DNA from: Gemmataceae bacterium
GTDB lineage: Bacteria > Planctomycetota > Planctomycetia > Gemmatales > Gemmataceae
Assembly: GCA_035638015.1 (NCBI GenBank)
Contig: DASRAT010000865.1
Location: 1-24,783 of the forward strand
Direction: 5' to 3'
Length of the DNA: 24,783 nt
Made by a program: the position numbers and the translations under genes. This document shows, one piece after another, positions 1-7,578 of the stretch. The first letter of the stretch is position 1, and every line of letters starts with the position of its first letter. The notes under the pieces were generated by a model, which ran no database searches, was not told the DNA's origin, and worked only from the letters and a program-made list of their open reading frames with translations.

Positions 1-13
1 AAGAGTTGATTTG

Positions 14-1630
14 TCAATACTTTTTCTCTTCTATGACGTGAGCCTGCACCGCCAAACGCCGAATCTCCGGTGACGGATCATCCCGAAGCGCCGCCAGCGC
101 CCCCGCCAGTTCCTTCGGAACCTCAACGCTCTGAATGATCCGCAAAGTCCCCAGCCGTATCTCCGCATCGCCGCTGCCAAGCCCTTCTTTCAACGCCGCC
201 AGCGTTATCGGATTGGCCACTTTCAAGTTCATCAATGCCAACGCCGCCGCCACGCGAATCAGCGTGGCCTCTTTGCTGTCCAGCTTCTTGGTCAGCTGGC
301 CAACGACCTCGTCGTCCTTGAGCAACGGCGCACCCAACGCCCACGCGGCACACTGGCTCACGGTTGGGTTTTTATCCTTAAGCGCCTTCAACAGGGCGGG
401 CGTCAGGGAATGCCATTTGAGTTTGCGGGCGATTATGCCGAGGGAGAGTGTTGCTTCGGCGCGAACGCCACTATCGGTATGCTCCATCAATTCCACCAAC
501 GCCTTTATTCCTTCCGTGCCTTTATCGGTATGCACAAACAAGGTTTCCGCCGCCACGCGTCGAACCATCGGGCTGGCATCTTTGCACAGTTCCAGCAGGG
601 CATCGGTTATATCCTGGTCCTCGCGGCGGACCCGCGGCAGCGCGTGCGCTGCCGCGGCCCGCACTGTGGAATCCTGGTCCTTGAGCGCTTGATGCACCAC
701 ATCGAATGTTGGCTCTTCGGTGTAACCAACTTTCACCAACCCCTGGGCCGCTGTGATCCGGACCAGCGCGTCGGTGTCATCGAGTAACGGTTTGAAGGCA
801 GCCGTTTGACGCTGGCCGAAGAGGCCGTCTAACTCGACATACAAGCCGTTGGCCGCCAGGCGGCGGATCGCGGGATCGGGATCGTTCAACAAAAGGAACA
901 CGGCGTCCAGTGAATCAGATGTCAGGGCGTGGCCGTTACGCCACGCGTGCAATGCGGCGATGCGAGTTTTGCTGTCGCCGTGGCCCAGCGCGGGCACCAG
1001 CACATCGCTTTCGCGGTCTTCTTTGCTGGTGGCGATCTCTCCCCAGACGCGGATGGCCGCCAGGCGAATGGCAGGCTCGGGATCGGCCATGGCTCGCGAC
1101 AGCGCGTCCTTGATCTGGCGATGGGGATCGCCGGCCGCCTTGTCTTTCGGCGCGGGCCAATCAAGTCCGATGCCGCCCAATGCGTCCAGCGCGGCTACTG
1201 CTACGCGGCTGTCTCGCTCTAATGTGGCCGCGCAAAGGGCCGGCGCCGCTTTACTGGCCCCCGGCCCAATGCCGCCCAAAGCCTGAATGGCGCTGATCTG
1301 CAAGCCCGTGTCCTTGTCATTCATCGCTTTGACAAGGGCGGCTATCTCTCCGGCGGCCGCCGGCCCGATTCGCCGCAAGGCGTCCGCCGCCGCGAAGCGT
1401 ACATCCGGTTCGCTATCCATTAGCAACTTGGCCACGTCGCCAACCGCCGCCTTGCCGTCGCGGCCAAAGTCGCCCAGCGCCTGGCAAGCTTGCACGCGCA
1501 CCTTGACGTCGGTGGACGTCAGCAGGCCCCTCCATTCCTTAACCGTCTTGCCCTGCCGCGTCGGTTCGTCGGCGTGGGCGAACACGGTGGATGTGGCAAG
1601 GATCGCGACCAAAAGTGCTAGCGAGCGCAT
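14..1630 (-). CDS. Secreted HEAT/PBS-lyase-like repeat protein (538 aa)
   Basis: Signal-peptide-like N-terminus (MRSLALLVAILATSTVFAHA), then many ~30-40 aa helical repeats of the type LxDxxxxVRxAAAxAL. Candidate SD in the purine-rich stretch upstream. Confidence 0.9.
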   Translation of the reverse strand: MRSLALLVAILATSTVFAHADEPTRQGKTVKEWRGLLTSTDVKVRVQACQALGDFGRDGKAAVGDVAKLLMDSEPDVRFAAADALRRIGPAAAGEIAALVKAMNDKDTGLQISAIQALGGIGPGASKAAPALCAATLERDSRVAVAALDALGGIGLDWPAPKDKAAGDPHRQIKDALSRAMADPEPAIRLAAIRVWGEIATSKEDRESDVLVPALGHGDSKTRIAALHAWRNGHALTSDSLDAVFLLLNDPDPAIRRLAANGLYVELDGLFGQRQTAAFKPLLDDTDALVRITAAQGLVKVGYTEEPTFDVVHQALKDQDSTVRAAAAHALPRVRREDQDITDALLELCKDASPMVRRVAAETLFVHTDKGTEGIKALVELMEHTDSGVRAEATLSLGIIARKLKWHSLTPALLKALKDKNPTVSQCAAWALGAPLLKDDEVVGQLTKKLDSKEATLIRVAAALALMNLKVANPITLAALKEGLGSGDAEIRLGTLRIIQSVEVPKELAGALAALRDDPSPEIRRLAVQAHVIEEKKY

Positions 1631-1772
1631 GACGGGCGTCTCCGCGTTGAGAGAATGAGGAAGGTTGAGGAGAGCCTACCGCGCGGTGGGGTTGGGAACA
1701 AGGTTGGAGGGCGCTGCCTCAAACCAAACGCCCGAGTAGCCGCGTAAAAAACATGAGCGCAATTGGCCGGAG

Positions 1773-1800
1773 TTGCTAGCTTTCATGCCAGTTGTATAAT
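1773..1800 (+). promoter_or_regulatory. Putative sigma70-type promoter of the R-M operon
   Basis: TTGCTA (1773-1778), 16-nt spacer, perfect TATAAT (1795-1800). It overlaps the ORF-track TTG start at 1792, so the true start is downstream. Confidence 0.5.
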
Positions 1801-1806
1801 GAGCGC

Positions 1807-2850
1807 ATGTATAGTTTTGCAGCACCCGCCCATGACCCTGATCATAGCCCGCAGGTGTTAGGCTTCGCTCCCGCCATTCCATCCGAATGCGGCGAAAACG
1901 GCCTTTGGCGCTTCCTTCCCGAGTCACTCACCAAGCTAAAGGACCCTCAAAAAGACTTGCCGCGCATTGCCAAAGACCCCAGCCTGACGGCTGAAATCGA
2001 ACAAAGCTTGCGACAAATTCCCACGGTCCATCATCTTTCTTGCCAGGATGCTCGCACGATGGAGTTGCGTGTCGAAGGCGTGCAATTGGTTTTGACGTCG
2101 CCGCCTTACTGGACGCTGAAAGACTATCGCAAGAGCAAAGGTCAGCTGGGATACATTGCCGACTACGAGAATTTTCTGGACGAATTGGACAAAGTCTGGC
2201 AACGCTGCTTCGATGCTTTGGTCCCCGGCGGGCGGCTGATTTGCGTTGTGGGCGATGTCTGCCTGTCGCGTCGCCGCAACGGCGGCCGGCATACAGTGGT
2301 GCCGCTGCACGCCTCGATTCAGGAACGCTGCCGGGCAATTGGTTTTGACAATTTGGCGCCGATCATTTGGCACAAAATCGCCAACGCCCAGTTCGAGGCG
2401 GAGGGCAGCGGCGGCGGTTTCCTTGGCAAACCCTATGAGCCGAACGCCGTCATCAAAAATGACATCGAGTTCATTCTCATGGAGCGCAAGCCCGGCGGCT
2501 ATCGGACGCCGGACCTGGCCACGCGCATTCTCAGTGTGATTGCCGAGGCCAATCACAAGGAATGGTTTCAGCAGATTTGGACCGGCCTGACCGGCGCTTC
2601 GACGAAGCATCACCCCGCTCCTTTCCCTGTGGAACTCGCGACGCGGTTGATTCGCATGTTTTCCTTCGTGGGCGACACGGTGCTCGATCCGTTCATGGGG
2701 ACTGGCACGACGACGCTGGCGGCGGCCCAGTGCGGGCGGCATAGCTTGGGAGTTGAGGTGGATAAGACTTATTTGGAGTATGCGGTGCGGCGGTTGGAGG
2801 GGAAGACGGCGGGGTTGTTTTCGGCGGTGTCGCTCAACGTTCACGTTTGA
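1807..2850 (+). CDS. Site-specific DNA methyltransferase, beta class (N6/N4-MTase family)
   Basis: Catalytic motif IV (LTSPPYW) is N-terminal and SAM-binding motif I (DPFMGTGTT) is C-terminal, the beta-class order. Also HPAPFP. Start uncertain (1807 ATG or later). Confidence 0.9.
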   Translation: MYSFAAPAHDPDHSPQVLGFAPAIPSECGENGLWRFLPESLTKLKDPQKDLPRIAKDPSLTAEIEQSLRQIPTVHHLSCQDARTMELRVEGVQLVLTSPPYWTLKDYRKSKGQLGYIADYENFLDELDKVWQRCFDALVPGGRLICVVGDVCLSRRRNGGRHTVVPLHASIQERCRAIGFDNLAPIIWHKIANAQFEAEGSGGGFLGKPYEPNAVIKNDIEFILMERKPGGYRTPDLATRILSVIAEANHKEWFQQIWTGLTGASTKHHPAPFPVELATRLIRMFSFVGDTVLDPFMGTGTTTLAAAQCGRHSLGVEVDKTYLEYAVRRLEGKTAGLFSAVSLNVHV

Positions 2851-2859
2851 GGCCAAGAC

Positions 2860-3636
2860 ATGGACGATCTGCTCAAAACTCTGAAAAAGCGACTCCGCAA
2901 GGCCGTCATTCATTTTTGGACCACGCGGGGCGGGCAGTCGCAAAAACAAGGCGGTGACGACAACGACAAGGACCGTGGCGAACGCGGCGCGGTCACTGGC
3001 GGGAAGCATTTGGACGGCTTTCGCGAACTCGTCGCTCTGCTCTTGGAAGAATCCGGACTTCAACGGGCAACAATTTATTGGCGGAAGAAAACGGAACTGC
3101 CTGGCTGGTTTCGGGCTGAGAAAAACTGGGATCTATTGGTGGTCGCCGACGGCAAACTGGTGGCTATTGTCGAATTCAAATCGCAGGTCGGCTCCTTTGG
3201 CAACAACTTCAACAACCGCACCGAAGAGGCCCTGGGCAACGCTGCCGATCTTTGGGCTGCCTACGAGGAAGGTGCATTTCGTCCTTCCGAGCGTCCCTGG
3301 CTCGGTTATTTGATGATCCTGGAAGATGCGCCCGGCTCCACCGGCAAGGTGAAAGTCAGAGAGCCACATTTCAAGGTGTTTCCTGAATTCAAAGACGCAT
3401 CCTATGCCGAGCGCTATGACCAGCTGCTGACCAAGTTGGTCCGGGCTCGGCTTTACGACGCCGGCTGCTTTTTGATGTCTTCACGCCAAGGGGGATTGAA
3501 AGGCAACTATCGCGAGCCGAATCCGGAGTTGAATTTTCCGAACTTTGTGACTTCGCTGTTGGGGCGGGCGATTGCGGTGGCGAGGACGCAGCGGACTGGG
3601 CCGGAGGAGCCGCCGAAGGTTGAGGTGGGGCCTTGA
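2860..3636 (+). CDS. Type II restriction endonuclease, XhoI/PaeR7I family
   Basis: WDLLVV...EFKSQVGSFGNNFNNRTEEALG (PD-D/ExK core plus the signature I recognise for the XhoI family). Starts 9 nt after the MTase. Confidence 0.85.
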   Translation: MDDLLKTLKKRLRKAVIHFWTTRGGQSQKQGGDDNDKDRGERGAVTGGKHLDGFRELVALLLEESGLQRATIYWRKKTELPGWFRAEKNWDLLVVADGKLVAIVEFKSQVGSFGNNFNNRTEEALGNAADLWAAYEEGAFRPSERPWLGYLMILEDAPGSTGKVKVREPHFKVFPEFKDASYAERYDQLLTKLVRARLYDAGCFLMSSRQGGLKGNYREPNPELNFPNFVTSLLGRAIAVARTQRTGPEEPPKVEVGP

Positions 3637-3676
3637 TCTTTGCAAACCAGTTCATCCGCGGTTGATGCGGCACCAT

Positions 3677-3709
3677 GACCGTGGCACAACTGACGTGCGC
3701 GACACGGTC
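3677..3709. repeat. Interrupted hairpin, degenerate REP-like element
   Basis: GACCGTG (3677-3683) pairs with CACGGTC (3703-3709), and GCAC (3684-3687) with GTGC (3695-3698). The GTGG-CACAA start resembles the GTAG-CACAAG REP at 6162-6184. Confidence 0.45.
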
Positions 3710-3765
3710 CGTAAATGTAAAACCACGGAGTTCGCAAGCCGCTCGCCAATCCAGCACCCGCCAAC

Positions 3766-3771
3766 TATAAT
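3766..3771 (+). promoter_or_regulatory. Putative -10 box of the nuo operon
   Basis: Perfect TATAAT ending 42 nt upstream of the nuoI ATG. Only a weak -35 (TCGCCA, 17-nt spacer). Confidence 0.45.
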
Positions 3772-3813
3772 TGCGATTGATCCGATTTGTGGCCATTTCC
3801 TGTGAGATTGACC

Positions 3814-4386
3814 ATGCGCGAGTGGTGCAGAAACGTTTACGTCGCCATCATGACCGTTGCCCAGGGCATGTGGATTACGCTGTGGTATTTCTTCCAGACC
3901 TACAAGCGTAAGGCCTTCACGCAGTCTTTCGAGTATCCCGAGCTGCCGGTGCCGGTGAAGCCGCGTTATCGGGGGTTTCATCGGTTCGATTTGACGACCT
4001 GCATTGGTTGCGACAAATGTGCTCGCGCCTGTCCGGTGGATTGCATTTACATCGAGAAAATCAAGAATCCCGTCGGCAAGGGTTTCCGCGTCAACGGCTT
4101 CAAGATCGACTACACCAAGTGCATGTTCTGTGCGTTGTGCGTCGATCCGTGCCCGGTCGATTGCATCTTCATGGGTTCGACCTTCGATCAAAGCTGTTAC
4201 AGCCGGGATGGCTGCATCGTCGATTTCGCCAAGCTGCCGATTGAGACGGCGTGGGGCCAGGCGTCGCTCAATCCCACCGCGGTGGCCGCCTCCAAGCTCG
4301 TTGCCGAGCCGGTCTGGACCAAACCGCCCGATCCGCCGCCGCCGCCCAAGCCGGCGCCCGCGGCCGCGCCAGCTGAAAAGAAGTAA
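3814..4386 (+). CDS. nuoI: NADH-quinone oxidoreductase subunit I (2x[4Fe-4S])
   Basis: YPE...PRYRGFH, two CxxCxxCxxxCP motifs ([24 protein letters not shown]), Pro/Ala-rich tail. ATG at 3814 preferred over TTG at 3787. Confidence 0.92.
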   Translation: MREWCRNVYVAIMTVAQGMWITLWYFFQTYKRKAFTQSFEYPELPVPVKPRYRGFHRFDLTTCIGCDKCARACPVDCIYIEKIKNPVGKGFRVNGFKIDYTKCMFCALCVDPCPVDCIFMGSTFDQSCYSRDGCIVDFAKLPIETAWGQASLNPTAVAASKLVAEPVWTKPPDPPPPPKPAPAAAPAEKK

Positions 4387-4412
4387 TCGCCCAAAACGGA
4401 AAGAAGAGACCG

Positions 4413-4853
4413 ATGAAAGCCCAAAAACGTCCAAAAAAGAGCAAGAAGTATTTCACACCCGAGCAGGCCAACGCCATGTTGCCGTTGCTGCGGTCGATTC
4501 TGCGAGATGTGACAAGCCTGGCGAAGGAGCTTTACGATCTTCAGGAAAGCTACCAGGGGATGAAGGGCAGCGATGATGCCGCGACATCGGCCAACCGCGA
4601 CCAGCTTGAAGAAATCGAAAGAACTTTCGAGAGCGGCCGAGATCGGATGCACGCTTTCCTGGAAGAATTGGACAAGCTGGGCATCGAGTTGAAAGACCCG
4701 TTTACCGGCCTGATCGATTTTCGGACCATGATGGACGGTCGCGAGGTTTACCTGTGCTGGCGCATGGATGAGCCGGAAGTGGCTCACTGGCACGATCTGG
4801 AAAAAGGCTTTTCCGCGCGTCAGAAGCTGATGCAGCCCGCCGAAACCAATTGA
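4413..4853 (+). CDS. DUF2203 family protein
   Basis: FTPEQANAMLPLL...GIELKD...GLIDF...GREVYLCW...E..VAHWH....GF..RQ matches the DUF2203 pattern. Confidence 0.85.
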   Translation: MKAQKRPKKSKKYFTPEQANAMLPLLRSILRDVTSLAKELYDLQESYQGMKGSDDAATSANRDQLEEIERTFESGRDRMHAFLEELDKLGIELKDPFTGLIDFRTMMDGREVYLCWRMDEPEVAHWHDLEKGFSARQKLMQPAETN

Positions 4854-4871
4854 TTTTGCGAGATTGCCGCG

Positions 4872-5468
4872 ATGTATACGCTGACATTTGTTTTGTCTGC
4901 TTTCCTGGTCATCAGCATCTTTTTCCTGTTCATCCATTTGGTGATGGGCCATTTTATTCGGCCCGCCAATCCGGAGGCGGACAAGCTGACGATCTACGAA
5001 TGCGGCGAACCGACCATCGGCAGCGCCTGGATTCAGTTTGATCTGCGCTATTACGTTGTGGCGCTTTTGTTCGTGATTTTCGATGTGGAAGTGGCGTTCT
5101 TCTTTCCGTGGGCGATTACTTTTGGCAAGGCCAACGAGTTAGCGCGGGACAACTTGACCATCGAAAAGCGCGATGAGATCAGCAAACAAATGGTGCCGTC
5201 GTCGCTGCCATCAACTGTCGATTCAAAGAAATCAAGCTACGAACCGGTGACCGTCGAGGCGGCCTCCAATTTTGCTTGGATCGCAATGGCCGACATCGCC
5301 GTTTTCTTTGGCGTTTTGCTGGTTGGATTCGCATATTTGTGGAAACGTGGCGACATTGATTGGGTCAAGACGGTCGCGGCGGAAGCGATGGCGGAGCCAC
5401 CGCCCGCGCGGCCGGTTTTGCCCAAACCCAGTGCCGCGGCGGTGCTGATGGGTGCAGGTCAGAAATAA
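4872..5468 (+). CDS. nuoA: NADH-quinone oxidoreductase subunit A with long loop insertion
   Basis: K..IYECGE loop, [23 protein letters not shown], third TM ending [10 protein letters not shown]. Confidence 0.92.
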   Translation: MYTLTFVLSAFLVISIFFLFIHLVMGHFIRPANPEADKLTIYECGEPTIGSAWIQFDLRYYVVALLFVIFDVEVAFFFPWAITFGKANELARDNLTIEKRDEISKQMVPSSLPSTVDSKKSSYEPVTVEAASNFAWIAMADIAVFFGVLLVGFAYLWKRGDIDWVKTVAAEAMAEPPPARPVLPKPSAAAVLMGAGQK

Positions 5469-5485
5469 CACTCGGGAGTTTCGAT

Positions 5486-6118
5486 ATGGGTTGGCTTCAA
5501 GGCCGTTTTGAAGAGGGTTTCCTGGTCACCACGCTGGAACAGGGCATCGCCTGGGCGCGTGAATCGAGCATGTGGCCGATGACCTTCGGTTTGGCGTGCT
5601 GTGCCATCGAGATGATGGCGGTAGGCGCGTCGCGTTATGATTTGGACCGCTTCGGCGCGGGCGCCTTTCGGGCCACGCCGCGGCAGGCCGATCTGATGAT
5701 CGTGGCCGGCACTGTCAATTACAAGATGGCCAGCCGCGTTCGCCGTTTGTACAACCAGATGCCCGATCCGAAATTCGTCATTGCGATGGGCGCCTGCACC
5801 TGCGGCGGTGGGCCGTATTACAAGTATGGTTACAACGTGGTCAAGGGCGTTGACCTCGTTGTTCCGGTTGATGTTTATGTGCCTGGTTGCCCGCCGCGGC
5901 CTGAAGCGCTGCTGGAAGGTCTGATGCGGATTCAGGACAAGGTTCGCGGCATGCATTATTTGACCAAGGGCCAAGCTTGCGATGTGCCGATTCCGTCGCG
6001 AACCGGCTGGGTGCAACTGCCGCCGGAATTGAGCGATCCCGATCCGCTCAAGGAAATGGAGAAGCAGCAGGCGTTTGCCAGGATGACCAAGGAAAAAGCG
6101 ACGCCGACGAAGGCGTAG
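5486..6118 (+). CDS. nuoB: NADH-quinone oxidoreductase subunit B
   Basis: [48 protein letters not shown] 5486 has GGGAG upstream. Confidence 0.96.
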   Translation: MGWLQGRFEEGFLVTTLEQGIAWARESSMWPMTFGLACCAIEMMAVGASRYDLDRFGAGAFRATPRQADLMIVAGTVNYKMASRVRRLYNQMPDPKFVIAMGACTCGGGPYYKYGYNVVKGVDLVVPVDVYVPGCPPRPEALLEGLMRIQDKVRGMHYLTKGQACDVPIPSRTGWVQLPPELSDPDPLKEMEKQQAFARMTKEKATPTKA

Positions 6119-6132
6119 GAAATCGCCTTTGT

Positions 6133-6184
6133 TAGCACAAGCTGTTAGCTTGTGCCGTCTCCACAAGCTAACAGCTTGTGCTAC
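6133..6184. repeat. Inverted REP doublet (REPIN-like), perfect 22-bp inverted repeat
   Basis: TAGCACAAGCTGTTAGCTTGTG (6133-6154), 7-nt spacer, exact reverse complement at 6162-6183. Each arm is itself a hairpin (CACAAGCT-GTT-AGCTTGTG). The bottom-strand copy begins GTAG. Confidence 0.85.
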
Positions 6185-6208
6185 ATACACAGCAGCTATG
6201 AGGGATTC

Positions 6209-6739
6209 ATGACCTCTGCCGACATCATCTCTCGCCTCGAGCGCCAGTTCGGCCCCAAGATCAAGTCGAAAAAGCTCGACACGCAGGATCCTTACGTCGT
6301 CGTGGACGGCGCCGACCTGCTCGACGTTTGCCAGTTCCTGCACGACGATCACGAGCTTGGTTTCGACATCCTCAACTGCATCAGCGGCGTCGACTATTTC
6401 GAACCGGACCCCAAGAAAGCGCCCAAGGCGGGCTTCGAGCCGCATTTGGAAGTCGTTTATCATCTGCACAGTTTCCGGCACCACCATCGCTTCGTTCTCA
6501 AGGTGAATTTGCCACGCTGGATGGACAATAAACCCGGTGAGTTGCCGGAGTTGCCGTCTGTTTCGGACATCTGGGGTGCTGCGGAATGGCACGAGCGCGA
6601 GGTTTATGACTTGACGGGTGTGTGGTTCAATGATCATCCCGATTTGCGGCGCATTTTGCTGGCGGAAGATTGGGCGGGTTATCCGCTACGGAAGGATTAT
6701 GAGTTTCCGCTGGAGTATCATGGGATACGGGGACGGTAG
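6209..6739 (+). CDS. nuoC: NADH-quinone oxidoreductase subunit C
   Basis: LGFDILNCISGVDY, LEVVYHL, W.AAEWHEREVYDL.GV.F..HPDLRRILL..DW.GYPLRKDY. ATG 6209 with AGGGA upstream. The track start at 6152 reads through the REP. Confidence 0.95.
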   Translation: MTSADIISRLERQFGPKIKSKKLDTQDPYVVVDGADLLDVCQFLHDDHELGFDILNCISGVDYFEPDPKKAPKAGFEPHLEVVYHLHSFRHHHRFVLKVNLPRWMDNKPGELPELPSVSDIWGAAEWHEREVYDLTGVWFNDHPDLRRILLAEDWAGYPLRKDYEFPLEYHGIRGR

Positions 6740-6745
6740 CGTTCT

Positions 6746-6762
6746 GCCGCTTGCGGCTTAGC
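6746..6762 (+). repeat. REP-like 17-mer GCCGCTTGCGGCTTAGC, copy 1
   Basis: Exact reverse complement at 21013-21029 and a 16/17 copy at 14448-14464. Lies 6 nt after the nuoC stop. Confidence 0.75.
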
Positions 6763-6779
6763 ACGCTGAGGGAATTACA

Positions 6780-7070
6780 ATGACCCGCAAAGAAAAAGTA
6801 ATCCGAATGGTCGAGCGGCTCGACGAACGTGACATCTCTTGCGAGCGGTTGATTTACCAGGTTACGTTGCTGAAGGGCATCGAAATTGGCCAAGAGCTCA
6901 CAGGGCGAGGCGACAAGCTTGATTACGATAACCTATGCCAGCGCATCGAACGCGAATGGGAGCAATCGGACTTGGCCCCACCCACGATTGAGGAAATCCA
7001 AGTGGCGCTCAAGCGTGACCGAAAAGCCTCGAAAAAGCCGACCAAACATGCCCGGGCAAGAAGTGCGTGA
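6780..7070 (+). CDS. Antitoxin-like protein, paralogue of the next gene
   Basis: Residues 1-60 align by eye with 7085-7414 (KEKVIRMVERL/KGQVLRMIARL; LIYQVTLLKGIEIG/VLYHLDVLNGINIG; RGD/RGE). GAGGGA upstream. Confidence 0.65.
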   Translation: MTRKEKVIRMVERLDERDISCERLIYQVTLLKGIEIGQELTGRGDKLDYDNLCQRIEREWEQSDLAPPTIEEIQVALKRDRKASKKPTKHARARSA

Positions 7071-7084
7071 GGAGGGGAAACACC

Positions 7085-7414
7085 ATGATCGCGAATAAAG
7101 GACAAGTTCTTCGGATGATTGCCAGGCTGCCTGAAGACGTGACATATGATCGTGTTCTCTATCATCTGGACGTGCTTAACGGCATTAACATAGGCATGGA
7201 TGAAGTTGAGCGTGGTGAAGGAATTGAACACGACGAATTATTCAACCGACTAATGGCGGAAGATGCGCAAGAAGAAGCCGAAGTGGATGCCGGGCGCCGA
7301 GCAAGATCTGCGGGAAATAAAGGCCCGCATAGCCCGGCAAGCGCCAAAAACGGCCGCGGACTTCATAAAACGCCTCAGAAGCTACGCCGACAGAAGACTG
7401 CGCCTGTTATCTGA
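7085..7414 (+). CDS. Antitoxin of a RelE/ParE-type pair, C-terminally extended over the toxin
   Basis: Strong SD (GAGGAGGGG), acidic LPEDVTYD...GMDEVERGEGIEHDE pattern typical of RelE/ParE partners. Overlaps the toxin by 152 nt. Confidence 0.7.
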   Translation: MIANKGQVLRMIARLPEDVTYDRVLYHLDVLNGINIGMDEVERGEGIEHDELFNRLMAEDAQEEAEVDAGRRARSAGNKGPHSPASAKNGRGLHKTPQKLRRQKTAPVI

Positions 7415-7571
7415 AAGTGGTGGACTAATTATCGAAGATAATCGCCTTGGATTGCGAGAGATTTATTTTGGCAATTTTCGCATCATTTACCACTACGATG
7501 GAGTTGTCGTCTCGATTGTCGCCGTGCGTCGCGGTTCAAGAGAGTTTTACGTTGATAGTTTGATGGGATAA
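7263..7571 (+). CDS. RelE/ParE family toxin
   Basis: W.P.AEQDLREI...IARQAPKTA..F...L...LREIYFGNFRIIYHY....VSIVAVRRGSRE, 102 aa. Confidence 0.85.
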   Translation: MRKKKPKWMPGAEQDLREIKARIARQAPKTAADFIKRLRSYADRRLRLLSESGGLIIEDNRLGLREIYFGNFRIIYHYDGVVVSIVAVRRGSREFYVDSLMG

Positions 7572-7578
7572 TTGATCA

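Noticed and set aside
1936-3063. Long antisense ORFs (also 3652-4434, 5459-6637, 7576-8433, 9771-11465, 13493-14320, 16334-17143, 17364-18257, 17819-18862)
   Set aside because: Each mirrors a well-supported gene on the other strand and has no recognisable motif. Such shadows are expected from GC-rich codon bias.
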